A stretch of DNA of 64,000 bases from a virus (IMGVR_UViG_3300032053_013883:1326-65325), one strand, 5' to 3'. Numbered from the stretch's first letter, positions 31,491-41,986 are shown. Notes: a model not told the origin generated them from the sequence alone. Numbers and translations: made by a program.

Positions 31491-32156
31491 TTACAATATA
31501 GGTATTATATATTTTTTGTCAATAGATCCAATATTATTATAAATATAATTAATATCTTTAAATTTATTTTTCCAAAATTCTTTATCTTCTGTCTTTTTAA
31601 TTAAAATATTTTTAATATCATCAAAATAAATCTTTTTACGATCAAATAATGCATGTGCTATTACGGTCACTGCATCCCAATGATTTTCCAATTCAAGAGA
31701 TACTTCTCTAATTAGTTTCTTTTTAAATGAAGATCTTTTCTTTCCTGCTGGTGAAAGATCATGCTTTCTTATTAAATAAGCCGCTGACAATGTATCATCA
31801 GAGGACCCGTCTCTTAAAATCATTGGAAATTTATTAGACCCTGAAATTTTTTTATAATGAATTTTTTCAGCAGCCAGCCCAGCATATTTTATAGCAACCT
31901 CATTTATATATAAATCATATAGAGTATTTGGTGAGTCTTCTTTTAAAGCAGACTCTCCCAATGAATTATAAAGTGTAAGTCCGCCGACTCTAGGTCCATC
32001 TACTATACATACTGATTCAACTCTCATTAAATGTAACAATCCATAAACGGCATGTCCTGCTTCATGAAAAGTCACAGAGATTAATTCGTGGGTTTTTGAT
32101 AGCTTTTTTCTAATACTATGAAGAGAATCATTACCATTCTTGTTGTCCATATTCAC
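31491..32156 (-). CDS. Stand-alone peptidase M41-like (FtsH protease domain) zinc metalloprotease
   Basis: FHEAGHAV, AG.AAE, GSSDD; probable start ATG 32150. Confidence 0.75.
   Translation of the reverse strand: MNMDNKNGNDSLHSIRKKLSKTHELISVTFHEAGHAVYGLLHLMRVESVCIVDGPRVGGLTLYNSLGESALKEDSPNTLYDLYINEVAIKYAGLAAEKIHYKKISGSNKFPMILRDGSSDDTLSAAYLIRKHDLSPAGKKRSSFKKKLIREVSLELENHWDAVTVIAHALFDRKKIYFDDIKNILIKKTEDKEFWKNKFKDINYIYNNIGSIDKKYIIPIL
31495..31522 (-). promoter_or_regulatory. Putative sigma-70-type promoter upstream of dnaE
   Basis: TTGACA-N16-TATATT on the minus strand. Confidence 0.5.
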
Positions 32157-32441
32157 CTACATCTGTGAAAGTAAAGCCTCGAAATTGCTAAGTTTTTCCT
32201 GACAGTTGGCTATTCTGCATTTAATTTGAATTCTATCTGCGCCAAACGGTCCTGTTACAATAAATTCTGGGTTTTCTACATATAAAATGCCAGATTTTGT
32301 AAAATGTTCTAACTCAGCAAATCCCATGCCTATTAGTGATGCCATAAAATCCTTAGATACTGATCTATCTAATTTATAGATAGTGCTAATTTTTCCACCA
32401 CAATCAGTACATCCTTTAACCTGAAATTTCTCAATTTTCAT
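32157..32441 (-). CDS. Hypothetical protein (only gene seen ending in TAG)
   Basis: 94 aa; CxxC and C..C. Confidence 0.65.
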   Translation of the reverse strand: MKIEKFQVKGCTDCGGKISTIYKLDRSVSKDFMASLIGMGFAELEHFTKSGILYVENPEFIVTGPFGADRIQIKCRIANCQEKLSNFEALLSQM

Positions 32442-32746
32442 TATTTATCATCTAATGCATCTTTATTGTCAAGATTTTCGCCTCTATTTTCCATTAACCA
32501 TAGGCAATATTTAATTTTAGCTGTTTGGCAGCCCTTTGCTTCACGATAGGCTGACGCAAGCTCTTTTACGAGATCTTTAGCGGCATTAAGCTTATGATCG
32601 GCGTCAGAAGCTTTATCAATAGTATAAATATTTCCTTCTGACTCTACTATTACTTTTTTTAATTCTTTAGTATCTGCTGCGTCCATATTGTCAGCAAATC
32701 CTGTTGGTAACTTTTTTGAATATTTTTCTGGAAATTCGTTGCTCAT
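32441..32746 (-). CDS. Hypothetical helical protein
   Basis: 101 aa; SD AAGGAG. Confidence 0.7.
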   Translation of the reverse strand: MSNEFPEKYSKKLPTGFADNMDAADTKELKKVIVESEGNIYTIDKASDADHKLNAAKDLVKELASAYREAKGCQTAKIKYCLWLMENRGENLDNKDALDDK

Positions 32747-32783
32747 AATAATTCTCCTTAAATTTAATAATTAATTTACTAAT

Positions 32784-34034
32784 TCAATCTACAATTTTAG
32801 CATTTTTTGCTACATAATCGACAGTGTTTTCATCTTTAATTCTTGCTAATAATAATTGTAATTCTCCTGTCTTATTCATATTATTAATAGCTTCTTCTAA
32901 TGTCATATTTTTTATATTTTTGCTTAAAAAGCCTTTTACAATTTCTAAAGCTTCTTGATCTGATAATTGTGCCTCTGGTTCCGTATCTCTAATTCTATCA
33001 AGAATAAGAGACAATTTTACATTTTTATCAGCTAAAGTAATGAATTTTTCTTTATCTTCATCTTTTAGAAGATTCCAATCTAATTTAGAATGTGCAGCTA
33101 AATATCTTGCTTCTGAAGATGTAAGCCATTCTGGAACTTTAAAATCATTTAAAGAAGTTAAACTATTTGAAACTGCTTCTCTAATTAATTGTTGAATATT
33201 TTCTTGCACTTTAGCAATAGATAGGTTAGTGACATAATCTCTTAATTCTTGAAATGATTCTCTTCCAACTTTTTTAGCCAAACTATCATCTAAAGGACTT
33301 GGAGTATGTTTAGATCCCATACTAAGTTCACATTTAAAACGTATAGTTTTGCCAGATAATGATGGTAGCCCTCCTTCTGGAGCAACTAAATCAAACTCTC
33401 TAGATTCTCCTAACTTCATTCCTAGTAAATTAGTATCAAATTCTGCAAGTTCAGAAGAACCAATCTTTATTAATTCTCCTTGTTTTGTTGATAGGGCGTC
33501 AACCTTTTCACCATCAACAAATCCTTCATAAGAAACGATAACACTATCACTTTGTTGAACAAAATCATCTTCTCCAAATGGAACAGAGTCCCCAAACCTA
33601 ACTCTTAGCTCTTGTAATGTTTTTTCAGCTTCTACTGAAGGATTCATAACATTATGTGGTTTTGGGATTTCTAAATTTTTATATGGACCCAATTCAAAAT
33701 CTGGTTTTTTATTCATTGAAAAATCACAAATGAATTTTCCATTAGTTAATAATAATGAATTGAAATTTGGAGAGCCAAGGGGCTTAATATTTTTTTCAAA
33801 TAAAGTATTATGAAAAGCCTCTTCTGCAAGGGCGCGCTTTAAAGAATCATTGATTTGATTTTTATAATGATATTTAATCGCTTCCATATTTGCTTTACCT
33901 TTTCTAAAGCCTGGAACAGGGGCATTTTTAAATATTTTTAATACTTCATCTCGTTTTGATGCAATTTCATCAGCCAATGCTTCATAATGAACATTTAATT
34001 TGCAATACTCTACTTCATTAACTTGAATTTCCAT
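32784..34034 (-). CDS. tig: Trigger factor (ribosome-associated chaperone/PPIase)
   Basis: VPGFRKGK ribosome-binding signature; FKBP-like domain (YEGFVDGE...LLGMKLGE); full length. Confidence 0.92.
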   Translation of the reverse strand: MEIQVNEVEYCKLNVHYEALADEIASKRDEVLKIFKNAPVPGFRKGKANMEAIKYHYKNQINDSLKRALAEEAFHNTLFEKNIKPLGSPNFNSLLLTNGKFICDFSMNKKPDFELGPYKNLEIPKPHNVMNPSVEAEKTLQELRVRFGDSVPFGEDDFVQQSDSVIVSYEGFVDGEKVDALSTKQGELIKIGSSELAEFDTNLLGMKLGESREFDLVAPEGGLPSLSGKTIRFKCELSMGSKHTPSPLDDSLAKKVGRESFQELRDYVTNLSIAKVQENIQQLIREAVSNSLTSLNDFKVPEWLTSSEARYLAAHSKLDWNLLKDEDKEKFITLADKNVKLSLILDRIRDTEPEAQLSDQEALEIVKGFLSKNIKNMTLEEAINNMNKTGELQLLLARIKDENTVDYVAKNAKIVD

Positions 34035-34036
34035 TA

Positions 34037-34262
34037 TTATTTTCCTGTTCTCGTTCCAAATTTATCATCTGGTCCAGTGTAAGACGATCTCCAATATTTA
34101 TTTATTTCATCAATAGGATATAATTTTTCTCCATCTAAATCTTTACCAATCCATGTTCCGTTTTCCGTTTTCATTATTTATTGAAATAATTTTGGTTTCA
34201 TCGCCAAAGCCCATAAACCAAATACTATTATTAATTTTAAACCAATCTGGAATTATTTTCAT
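34037..34262 (-). pseudogene. Small (about 72 aa) gene frameshifted by a 7-bp tandem duplication
   Basis: Removing one GAAAACG copy (34159-34172) joins MKIIPDWF...INNENG to TWIGKDLDG...TGK* in a single frame. Confidence 0.6.
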
Positions 34263-35103
34263 TTTTAATATGCCTTATTCTATTAGTTCCTTCAATTAAA
34301 TTGAGCTTTGCAGATAGTGGTCTTAAATTTTCTAGAGCCCAACATTTTTTAAAATTATCTTCATCCATACTTGTATATGGAAAATCAGATTGCGGGATTA
34401 TGTGGTCTAGCTGCCATTTCCAAGTAGACTGGTCATTATCATTCCAGGTTTTGACCATATATCTTCCTTTATTATCCCAATTCATCCATGGTTCAAATTG
34501 TTTTTCAATATGAATTTTTAAATCAGCCATAGTATATGGTAACACATCTAAAATACTTTTTCTATTTTTTTTATTTCCATTTTTATTTAAAAAAATCCTA
34601 ATTAAAGAAGAAATATTATTGCGCAATTTTACTTCTGGTATTTTTCTTCTTTTTTGTGTTTGTAAGGCATATTTACGCTTAATTTCATTTCTTGACATAT
34701 ATTCTTTATTAGAAAGAAAAATTTTTTCTTTATTACTTTTACGATACTCTTTTTCCTTCTCTTTATGAGAATCGTGATAATTTTTATTATATGTTTTTAA
34801 TTTTTCTGGATTATTTTCACGCCATTTCAGATTTTTTAAAAACTTTTCTTCTTTAGATTGTTTAATGGTTTGACGTGGTAGTTTTTTACCATATTTACTG
34901 CGCCTTCTAGCATTAATTTTTTCTTTATTTTTAGCATAATCGTCACGGGCATCCATACGATATTCGTTTGTTTTTCTTTTTTTACTTTCCTTTTCAACTA
35001 CGCATTTTTTACAAATGCGCGCATAATAAGCTTTATTATTTAATATTTTACATCTAAATTCATTTAATTCTTTATCTTCTAAGCAGTTTTTACATTTTAC
35101 CAA
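34237..35103 (-). CDS. HNH homing endonuclease
   Basis: N-terminal CxxC...CxxC, Lys-rich helical repeats, WQLDHIIP...CWALENLRPL...N. Confidence 0.85.
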   Translation of the reverse strand: MVKCKNCLEDKELNEFRCKILNNKAYYARICKKCVVEKESKKRKTNEYRMDARDDYAKNKEKINARRRSKYGKKLPRQTIKQSKEEKFLKNLKWRENNPEKLKTYNKNYHDSHKEKEKEYRKSNKEKIFLSNKEYMSRNEIKRKYALQTQKRRKIPEVKLRNNISSLIRIFLNKNGNKKNRKSILDVLPYTMADLKIHIEKQFEPWMNWDNKGRYMVKTWNDNDQSTWKWQLDHIIPQSDFPYTSMDEDNFKKCWALENLRPLSAKLNLIEGTNRIRHIKNENNSRLV

Positions 35104-35882
35104 GTTGTTTCTCCATATGTTAATTGAGGGTTTGCATATTTTTTTCCCTCCTCACATATGTCTAAATATTCGCAGTAACGACACTGCCAACTAGGATTTG
35201 GAGCATATTCTTTTTCATTTAAAATTTTACTTGCATAATCTATATATTTATCTTTGACTTGCAATATATCATCTATATTAAATACTTTTGTAATATGCTC
35301 AAAGTTGTGTCGCAATAATACATATGACGCTCTTACTTTTGTTATTGATGGATCTTCTTGATGAAGAACATATGCGTATGTTAATAATTGAAACCAATCG
35401 TCTTTCAAATATTTTTTATTTTTTGTCGTCTTGTAGTCCGCAACGTGCAGTACATTATCACCATCAAGTTGGATGCGGTCAATCATGCCGTTCAAAATAA
35501 TATTTTCCGCAATTGGTAATTCAAAATTTTTCTCGCAAGCAATAACATTTAATGGCAAATTATTATTTTTGTTTTTTGATACCATTTTTAAATATTCATT
35601 AACAATATCCCATCCTTCTTTTTTCATATCTGGAGTTAATTTTTCTTTATATTCTTCCACGGCAGTTTTAAATGCTTTAGACATAATTATATGATATGGT
35701 TCTTTACTTCCATCAACATATGCCATATGAAAATCTTCTAATATTTTATGAGCAAATTTTCCAAATGTATGATATGAAAATTCTTTTCGTGGCAATTTTA
35801 TTATATAAGAAAATTCAAACTTTTTTTTGCAATCAGAAAATGTTTTAGTTTTTGAAACGCTAAGTCTTAATTCATTTGACAT
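35097..35882 (-). CDS. PD-(D/E)XK exonuclease (Cas4/RecB-like)
   Basis: LSVS..C, G...H, GMIDRI, DYKT, QL..YA, CxxCxxxxxC. Confidence 0.88.
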   Translation of the reverse strand: MSNELRLSVSKTKTFSDCKKKFEFSYIIKLPRKEFSYHTFGKFAHKILEDFHMAYVDGSKEPYHIIMSKAFKTAVEEYKEKLTPDMKKEGWDIVNEYLKMVSKNKNNNLPLNVIACEKNFELPIAENIILNGMIDRIQLDGDNVLHVADYKTTKNKKYLKDDWFQLLTYAYVLHQEDPSITKVRASYVLLRHNFEHITKVFNIDDILQVKDKYIDYASKILNEKEYAPNPSWQCRYCEYLDICEEGKKYANPQLTYGETTW

Positions 35883-35933
35883 TAATATTCTTTCTTTTTT
35901 AAATATGTAATACTTAATATAACTCAGCTTTAA

Positions 35934-36920
35934 TTAAAATAATACTCTTCTTGCACCTGGCTGCCAAGTAAATACAAATCCGGCGCCCTTTTCTCTAGAA
36001 AGAGAAATATTATATAATTGTCCTTGTGTAGGATTTGTAGGTGTATATGGCGTTTTACTTATAATCCACTTATTAGCAATTGAATCATAATAATAATATG
36101 TAATGGTGTGGTCTCTTGGATTATAATGAGATCTTAAAAAAGATCCTGTAGTTGTTGGCGCATTTAATCCTTGATTATAATAATTATTTCCATCTCTTAT
36201 TTTATCTGGATTTTCTAATGAAAAGAACTGTTTATTAATTAAAGGAGGATCATTTGGATCTTCGGCGGCAACATCATGAAAAATAACAAAAGCTCTCGGA
36301 TCAAATAAAGCAGACCCAACTTCTGATTCAGTAGGAGGTGGCGGTTGAACTTGAATTGTTACTTGTGCCGGTAAATTACCGACACCACGACCTGTTTTAT
36401 GTTGATCATCTGTTTCAGAATATAAAACATCATAATTTTGTAAATCAAATGGTTTATTAGTAAACCCGCCTGGATTACCAGAAGAATCAAAACCAGTTGA
36501 CGCCGATGGAAGTGCAGGATTATTTACTGTTGTTCCAGCATCTCCTGGATTAAAAAAATGAGTATTGGGCTGAATTGATCCATCTCCAAATGGATATAAT
36601 GATGGCAAACTACTCTCTGCTGGTGCATCAGTAGATGATCTTGGTAGCCTAGTATTATTTAATACATTAGTTTCATAAGATTCCACAACAATAGGCGAAG
36701 AATCAACACCATTGGTTGCAAAAATCTTTAAAATTACCTGACTGCTGTTTGTAGGCAATATAAGCGTACCAACATAAATTGGCGAATTAACAGTAGGATC
36801 AGTTCCATTAAAAGTGTAAAATATTGTACTCGGGATATTAACAGTAATAGATACCTGTCTAGGTATTCCTGAGACAATTTGATCTACTGATTGTGTTATC
36901 GATACTGATATAACTGCCAT
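35934..36920 (-). CDS. Protein with N-terminal chitobiase/Fn3-associated Ig-like domain, putative virion protein
   Basis: STIFYTFNGTDPTVNSPIY...LKIFA. Confidence 0.65.
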   Translation of the reverse strand: MAVISVSITQSVDQIVSGIPRQVSITVNIPSTIFYTFNGTDPTVNSPIYVGTLILPTNSSQVILKIFATNGVDSSPIVVESYETNVLNNTRLPRSSTDAPAESSLPSLYPFGDGSIQPNTHFFNPGDAGTTVNNPALPSASTGFDSSGNPGGFTNKPFDLQNYDVLYSETDDQHKTGRGVGNLPAQVTIQVQPPPPTESEVGSALFDPRAFVIFHDVAAEDPNDPPLINKQFFSLENPDKIRDGNNYYNQGLNAPTTTGSFLRSHYNPRDHTITYYYYDSIANKWIISKTPYTPTNPTQGQLYNISLSREKGAGFVFTWQPGARRVLF

Positions 36921-36921
36921 A

Positions 36922-37236
36922 TTAAGCCACGTTTAAAAATCTTGTATTTTTAGTTGTTAAGTTTTTTTTCAACATTATTCTATATACTTTATTTGCTGCT
37001 TTTCTAAAAAGCTTAGCAATTTTCAAAAATTCCTCATTATCTTCTCTTCTATACAAAATAATGAACTGATCATAATAATCCATAAGTTCAATATTTGGAG
37101 GAATTCCTTTAAATTGATTTTGCATAATAGAAACAATATTATGAAGAGAATACACTATTAATGAATTGTAAAACTTACATTCTCCTAATTTCTTATATTG
37201 TTGTAAAAACTGTTGTTTTAACGCATCTGCGTTCAT
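36922..37236 (-). CDS. Hypothetical protein
   Basis: 104 aa ORF. Confidence 0.6.
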   Translation of the reverse strand: MNADALKQQFLQQYKKLGECKFYNSLIVYSLHNIVSIMQNQFKGIPPNIELMDYYDQFIILYRREDNEEFLKIAKLFRKAANKVYRIMLKKNLTTKNTRFLNVA

Positions 37237-37266
37237 ACATAAATACTAAAATATAGAGAGCTATAA

Positions 37267-37878
37267 TTAGCCCTGCTTACTTTTTAAGAAACTTGCCAAG
37301 ATTTCAACTTTTGACTCAAACGCCTCTAATGAGCCATTATTATAAATAACATAATCAAAATCTTTATTTGAAATAGCCTCTTGTTCTACCTCACTTTTAT
37401 GATTTATTTTCGCAACATCATCTCTTATTATTCTAATATTAAAAAACCCATTGTCACGTAACATTTCGAATTCATTTATATATCTTACATCTGTAACACA
37501 AAACCCCATTGTATCACATGTACAAAACCAAGTTGGAGCACGACTAATATTATCCTTAACAATATCAATCCAAATATTAGGATTATATTCTCTACCTCTA
37601 GATCCAATATCTATTAATGCTTGCCTATATGTTAATGGATTTCCTGCACTATCGAATGCGTCTGGAATAATATTACTTCTAAGAAAAGATGGACCATATA
37701 AAGCTTCTCTATCTGCATTAGGAAACATTAGCATTATAATTTCTTTCATTGGATTAGCAAAAGCATCTTTAACAACTCTATCTGCATCTACTCCGTAGCC
37801 AAATATATTATTAAATAATAATTTACTAAGAGTATTTTTGCCAGAGTTTGCCTTCCCAGAAATAGAAACTTTATACAT
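37267..37878 (-). CDS. Deoxynucleoside monophosphate kinase
   Basis: GKANSGKNT, FA.PMK, R..L...G, DVRY.NE, HKSE. Confidence 0.85.
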   Translation of the reverse strand: MYKVSISGKANSGKNTLSKLLFNNIFGYGVDADRVVKDAFANPMKEIIMLMFPNADREALYGPSFLRSNIIPDAFDSAGNPLTYRQALIDIGSRGREYNPNIWIDIVKDNISRAPTWFCTCDTMGFCVTDVRYINEFEMLRDNGFFNIRIIRDDVAKINHKSEVEQEAISNKDFDYVIYNNGSLEAFESKVEILASFLKSKQG

Positions 37879-37888
37879 TATTAGCCTC

Positions 37889-40072
37889 TTATAATGATAT
37901 TACTTTGGCTGTTGACACCATATTTGCATCTTGTTCTACCAATATAGCACTTGCAAATTTATTCTTTAAATAATCATTATGAGTAATTACTAAAATTGTA
38001 AAATCTTTTTGAAAGAATTTTACAATATCAGCAAAGGCATCAACACCAGCTTTATCAAGTGACTCATCAATTTCATCTAATAAAAGAAATTTAATATCTG
38101 TTCCCATCATTTTTTGTAATAAGGAAGATAGTCCTAATTTAAGACTAAATGTAGAAGATACTTTCATTGCCCCAGATAATTGATTAAATTCTCTTTCTTT
38201 ACCATTTATATAATATTTAATATCCAATGTATCATTCTGTGTTCCATCATCTTTAGTTTTTTCAACTATAAATCCAAGTTGCAATCCCGGCTTAATTTGA
38301 TTAAGCATATTATTTGCTTCTATTTGCAAATCATCCAATACATTTTGAATTATTAAATTTGGAATTCCTGATGGAGAAAACGCAAGTAAAACATTGGAAT
38401 ATGTAGAATATTCACTTTCAAAATCTTTTAGTTCTTTAGACAGCTCTGTTTTTTTAACATTATCTAAATATTTTTGATCAATATTATGATTGATAACTGC
38501 TTTAATATTATTTAAATGGGTTAACTCTTTATTAAGAGTATGCTTTTTACCATTAAATAATTCTATGTTTTTATTGAAATCTTTTATTTCGTTTTCAATT
38601 TTTATTATATCTTTTTGTAATTCGGCAGCAGTTGTAAGCTTATCTGACAATTTTTGATTTGTTTCTAAATCATCATTACAAATTTTTATATTATTTAGTA
38701 TTTCATCATGAGTTGCTTTTTTTTCTATTAATTCTTTTTCTTTATGATCAAGAACTATAGTAAGACTATCAAGTTCTTTCTTTGCCGCAACAATATTATT
38801 GTATTGTTTTTTTAAAGTCATTAAAGATTCAGAATTTGAAGTTATTTCAATTTTGGCATTTTTTATTGCCTCTTGACAATTTTTTAACTTTTCATTTATT
38901 TGAAATTGACAAATTTTTCTATGTTCTTCAGAAAGCGGCTGTCTACAATGATTACATTCACTTCCACTTGGAAGTGGCACATTTAACTCAGAATGAAGTG
39001 TTATATTATTTTGTATAGACACATTTAAAGTAACAATTTTATCATTTGTTTCATTAATTTTACCTTGTAAAATATCAATATCATCAAAATTATATTCATT
39101 TATTTTTTGTAATTTTGTTTTGATTTCTTTAATATTATCAATTAATACCTTTGCAAGATTTACAATATTTGTTTTTTTAACAATTAAATCTTTTAAAGCT
39201 GTATCTAACCTGTCTTTTTCTGACCAAATTGCTTTATTTTTTAATGCAAGTAATTTAAAATCATTTGACAAATTATTATGATCTACATTTAAATCTAATA
39301 TTTTGATATTTATTTCATAAATATCAAAATCTACAATTAATAATTGTTTTTCCTTAATTGATATTTCTTTATCTGTTTCTAATAATTTTATTTTTAAATC
39401 ATTAATATCTTTATCTATATTTACTAAAGATTCTAATAATAATCTATTTTTATCTATTTTTTTAGATAGTGATGAAACTTCTTCTTTTGCTATTTTTTCT
39501 AATTTTGAATAAAAAGATAGCCCAAGCATTTCCTTTAAAAGCGCTTTTCTTGGGGCGGCACCAACAGTTGTTAATCCAGCAAGATCACGCTGCATAAAAT
39601 AAACAGTACCTTTAAAAGCCTCATAATTAATTTTTATTAATTTAGAAAGATCTTTTTCTGTATCTGATGATCTTCTGCTGCTTATATTATTCCAAATATG
39701 ATTTTGGCTTGGTAAAGATATAATATCCTTCTCATCAGCACTAACATCTGTCTTTTCCAACAAATTAAGATCAGTTACTCCTTTTCTAGTGCGAGAGCGA
39801 ACCAATCTATATTCTTTACCATTAATTTCAAAATCTAAAGAAATAATACATTTATCAGTATCGTCTCTTATAATACTTTCCAAATTAACATCTGCTTTAT
39901 TGAAAAGCACATATTCAATAGCTTTAAATATAGTTGTTTTGCCGGCGCCATTAGACAATGAATCATTATCATTTATTTTGCCAATAATAAGCGCTGATGA
40001 AAATTGAGAAAAATCAATATTGCAAGAACTATAGCATAAAAAATTTTCTATATAAATTCTATTTATTTTCAT
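37889..40072 (-). CDS. sbcC: SbcC/Rad50 ATPase
   Basis: NGAGKT, Q-loop, coiled coil with CNHC zinc hook, LSG, LLLDE, ITH. Confidence 0.93.
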   Translation of the reverse strand: MKINRIYIENFLCYSSCNIDFSQFSSALIIGKINDNDSLSNGAGKTTIFKAIEYVLFNKADVNLESIIRDDTDKCIISLDFEINGKEYRLVRSRTRKGVTDLNLLEKTDVSADEKDIISLPSQNHIWNNISSRRSSDTEKDLSKLIKINYEAFKGTVYFMQRDLAGLTTVGAAPRKALLKEMLGLSFYSKLEKIAKEEVSSLSKKIDKNRLLLESLVNIDKDINDLKIKLLETDKEISIKEKQLLIVDFDIYEINIKILDLNVDHNNLSNDFKLLALKNKAIWSEKDRLDTALKDLIVKKTNIVNLAKVLIDNIKEIKTKLQKINEYNFDDIDILQGKINETNDKIVTLNVSIQNNITLHSELNVPLPSGSECNHCRQPLSEEHRKICQFQINEKLKNCQEAIKNAKIEITSNSESLMTLKKQYNNIVAAKKELDSLTIVLDHKEKELIEKKATHDEILNNIKICNDDLETNQKLSDKLTTAAELQKDIIKIENEIKDFNKNIELFNGKKHTLNKELTHLNNIKAVINHNIDQKYLDNVKKTELSKELKDFESEYSTYSNVLLAFSPSGIPNLIIQNVLDDLQIEANNMLNQIKPGLQLGFIVEKTKDDGTQNDTLDIKYYINGKEREFNQLSGAMKVSSTFSLKLGLSSLLQKMMGTDIKFLLLDEIDESLDKAGVDAFADIVKFFQKDFTILVITHNDYLKNKFASAILVEQDANMVSTAKVISL

Positions 40073-41259
40073 TCTTTAGACTCTGATTTTAATTTATTAA
40101 GCACTTTAAATGCATATTCTATAAATTTATCTTGTTGAGTGTCTTTAATTTGAGTTTTGGACCAAATTTTTATTGCCGATGGTACATCCAAACTTGTTGA
40201 CATTTGTGAAGCTCCATCTTTTTTTGTGACAGAAATTTTCTTAGATTCTGAAATTACAGCAATATTAAAAACCCCTTTACTTAAAAGTTGTTTTTCAATA
40301 ATTGATTTTTGAATGGCAGGCATATTTGCATCTGAAAATGATATATCTAATTTAACTATTGACTTATCAATATCATTTTCTTTTTCTATACAAGTAAGAA
40401 TATATTTAGTAGAATCTACTGTTCCTACTGGAATGGTTATTGAAATCTTTTTCAATTTTCTTGTTGGAATATTTTCTATAGTAAATGTTCCAGAGTCACA
40501 ATCAAATATTACAATATGTTTTTTCTGATCACATTCTCCAAAATTAGAAATTTCCATACTGCCAATATGGGCAGCAAATGGCTTCTTACTCATTATTTGA
40601 GGCTTATGTACGTGTCCCATCCAAACATAATCATATCCATTAAACATATTTAATGGACAAAATAATTCATTAACCATATCGTCTATTTCATCACCAACAG
40701 GAATAGCACCTTCAATAGCCAAATGTCCCACCATAACTTTATGGTAAGTTAAGGGAATGCTAGCTTGTTCATAAACAAAATTATCTTTTAATAAAGATAA
40801 GGCTTCAGAATTAGTATTACAATTTAAAGATTTTCTATCTCTAAATGGGACTAAAGTAAATGACGTAGCGCCAACTGATATAGTATTTATATCTTTATAT
40901 ATACGAATTCCATCCAATTCGCATTCACTAATAATGTCTAATGGGGAACTATAATAATTACCAGTTCTTAAAATATCATGATTACCGATTATGATATGTA
41001 CATTAACATTATATACTTGACATTTTTTTAACCAAGAAATAAATAGTGTAATTAAAAATGGTGGGGGTTTAGGTTCTTCAAAAATATCACCAGTAATTAT
41101 AATATGTTCGACGTGCTTTTCTATTGCCTGATCTAAAGTCCAATCTAATAAATTTAATTGATCAACAATACGACTATTTAAAGCCATTCCAATCCCGACT
41201 TTACCAATTTGAGTTGATTTGCCAAAATGTGGATCCCCAAGTATAATTAAATTTGACAT
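40069..41259 (-). CDS. sbcD: SbcD/Mre11 nuclease
   Basis: DPHFG, GDIF, GNHD, GHVH metallophosphoesterase motifs. Confidence 0.92.
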   Translation of the reverse strand: MSNLIILGDPHFGKSTQIGKVGIGMALNSRIVDQLNLLDWTLDQAIEKHVEHIIITGDIFEEPKPPPFLITLFISWLKKCQVYNVNVHIIIGNHDILRTGNYYSSPLDIISECELDGIRIYKDINTISVGATSFTLVPFRDRKSLNCNTNSEALSLLKDNFVYEQASIPLTYHKVMVGHLAIEGAIPVGDEIDDMVNELFCPLNMFNGYDYVWMGHVHKPQIMSKKPFAAHIGSMEISNFGECDQKKHIVIFDCDSGTFTIENIPTRKLKKISITIPVGTVDSTKYILTCIEKENDIDKSIVKLDISFSDANMPAIQKSIIEKQLLSKGVFNIAVISESKKISVTKKDGASQMSTSLDVPSAIKIWSKTQIKDTQQDKFIEYAFKVLNKLKSESKE

Positions 41260-41882
41260 TTATGATTATTAATGATCCATAGAATTTTATTAGTTAATTC
41301 TGATAAAGCTTTGTTATTACTTCCCAATGACAATTTAATATTGAGATTGTCATATGCCATACATAAATTTTCGATAAAAATCAAATCTTCTTTATTATCA
41401 TGAATTTTTATAAACTCTCTTACCACGCTTGAGAGTTTTAACATAATTTCTAATTTTTCAGAAGGATTGACATCCTCATTATTATGAAATGAGGAATCAA
41501 AATCATCAGATTTAAATAGTTTAAGTATTTTTTTTGCAGCGTCAAGCCTACTAATACCTTCATAAAGAGATATAAAATTTACACAATAATTGCCAGATTT
41601 ACAACCATGACACCAAAATGTATTTGTTGCCGGATAATACTGAAATGATGGAGTAGATTCACGTCCATTTTTATGGAATTTAAAAGGACAAATTGCCTTT
41701 TTACTATACTCATCTATTCTCACATTGTAGAATAGTAATAATTTTTTAATATCTAAAGCGTTAGCTTTGTTAATTAATTCTTTATATTCGTTTTTGTCTG
41801 TAAAAGCATTTCCAAAACCTCCAGTTTCGATTGAGATTTTGCCATCACTATTGGATCTGGATTCGTTTTGTAAGTCGCGCAT
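41247..41882 (-). CDS. Stand-alone primase CHC2 zinc-binding-domain protein
   Basis: CPFKFH...TPSF...FWCHGC...I.FI. Confidence 0.85.
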   Translation of the reverse strand: MRDLQNESRSNSDGKISIETGGFGNAFTDKNEYKELINKANALDIKKLLLFYNVRIDEYSKKAICPFKFHKNGRESTPSFQYYPATNTFWCHGCKSGNYCVNFISLYEGISRLDAAKKILKLFKSDDFDSSFHNNEDVNPSEKLEIMLKLSSVVREFIKIHDNKEDLIFIENLCMAYDNLNIKLSLGSNNKALSELTNKILWIINNHKCQI

Positions 41883-41953
41883 AATTGTGAATATTTACTA
41901 AATATTTCTTTTTCTTCAGAAATTAGTTGCATTAATAATTCGCGTGTAATCAT
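41774..41953 (-). CDS. Small hypothetical protein
   Basis: ATG 41953 lies just downstream of a sigma-70-like promoter; long overlap with the next ORF lowers confidence. Confidence 0.45.
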   Translation of the reverse strand: MITRELLMQLISEEKEIFSKYSQLCATYKTNPDPIVMAKSQSKLEVLEMLLQTKTNIKN

Positions 41954-41957
41954 AACT

Positions 41958-41986
41958 AATTTAGTCACTAAAGTTTTTGAAGTCAA
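41958..41986 (-). promoter_or_regulatory. Putative sigma-70-type promoter
   Basis: TTGACT-N17-TAAATT, 4 nt before ATG 41953. Confidence 0.5.

Noticed and set aside
35097-35882. Cas4-like gene as part of a CRISPR-Cas system
   Set aside because: No repeat-spacer array or other cas gene is visible; solo PD-(D/E)XK nucleases are common in phages.
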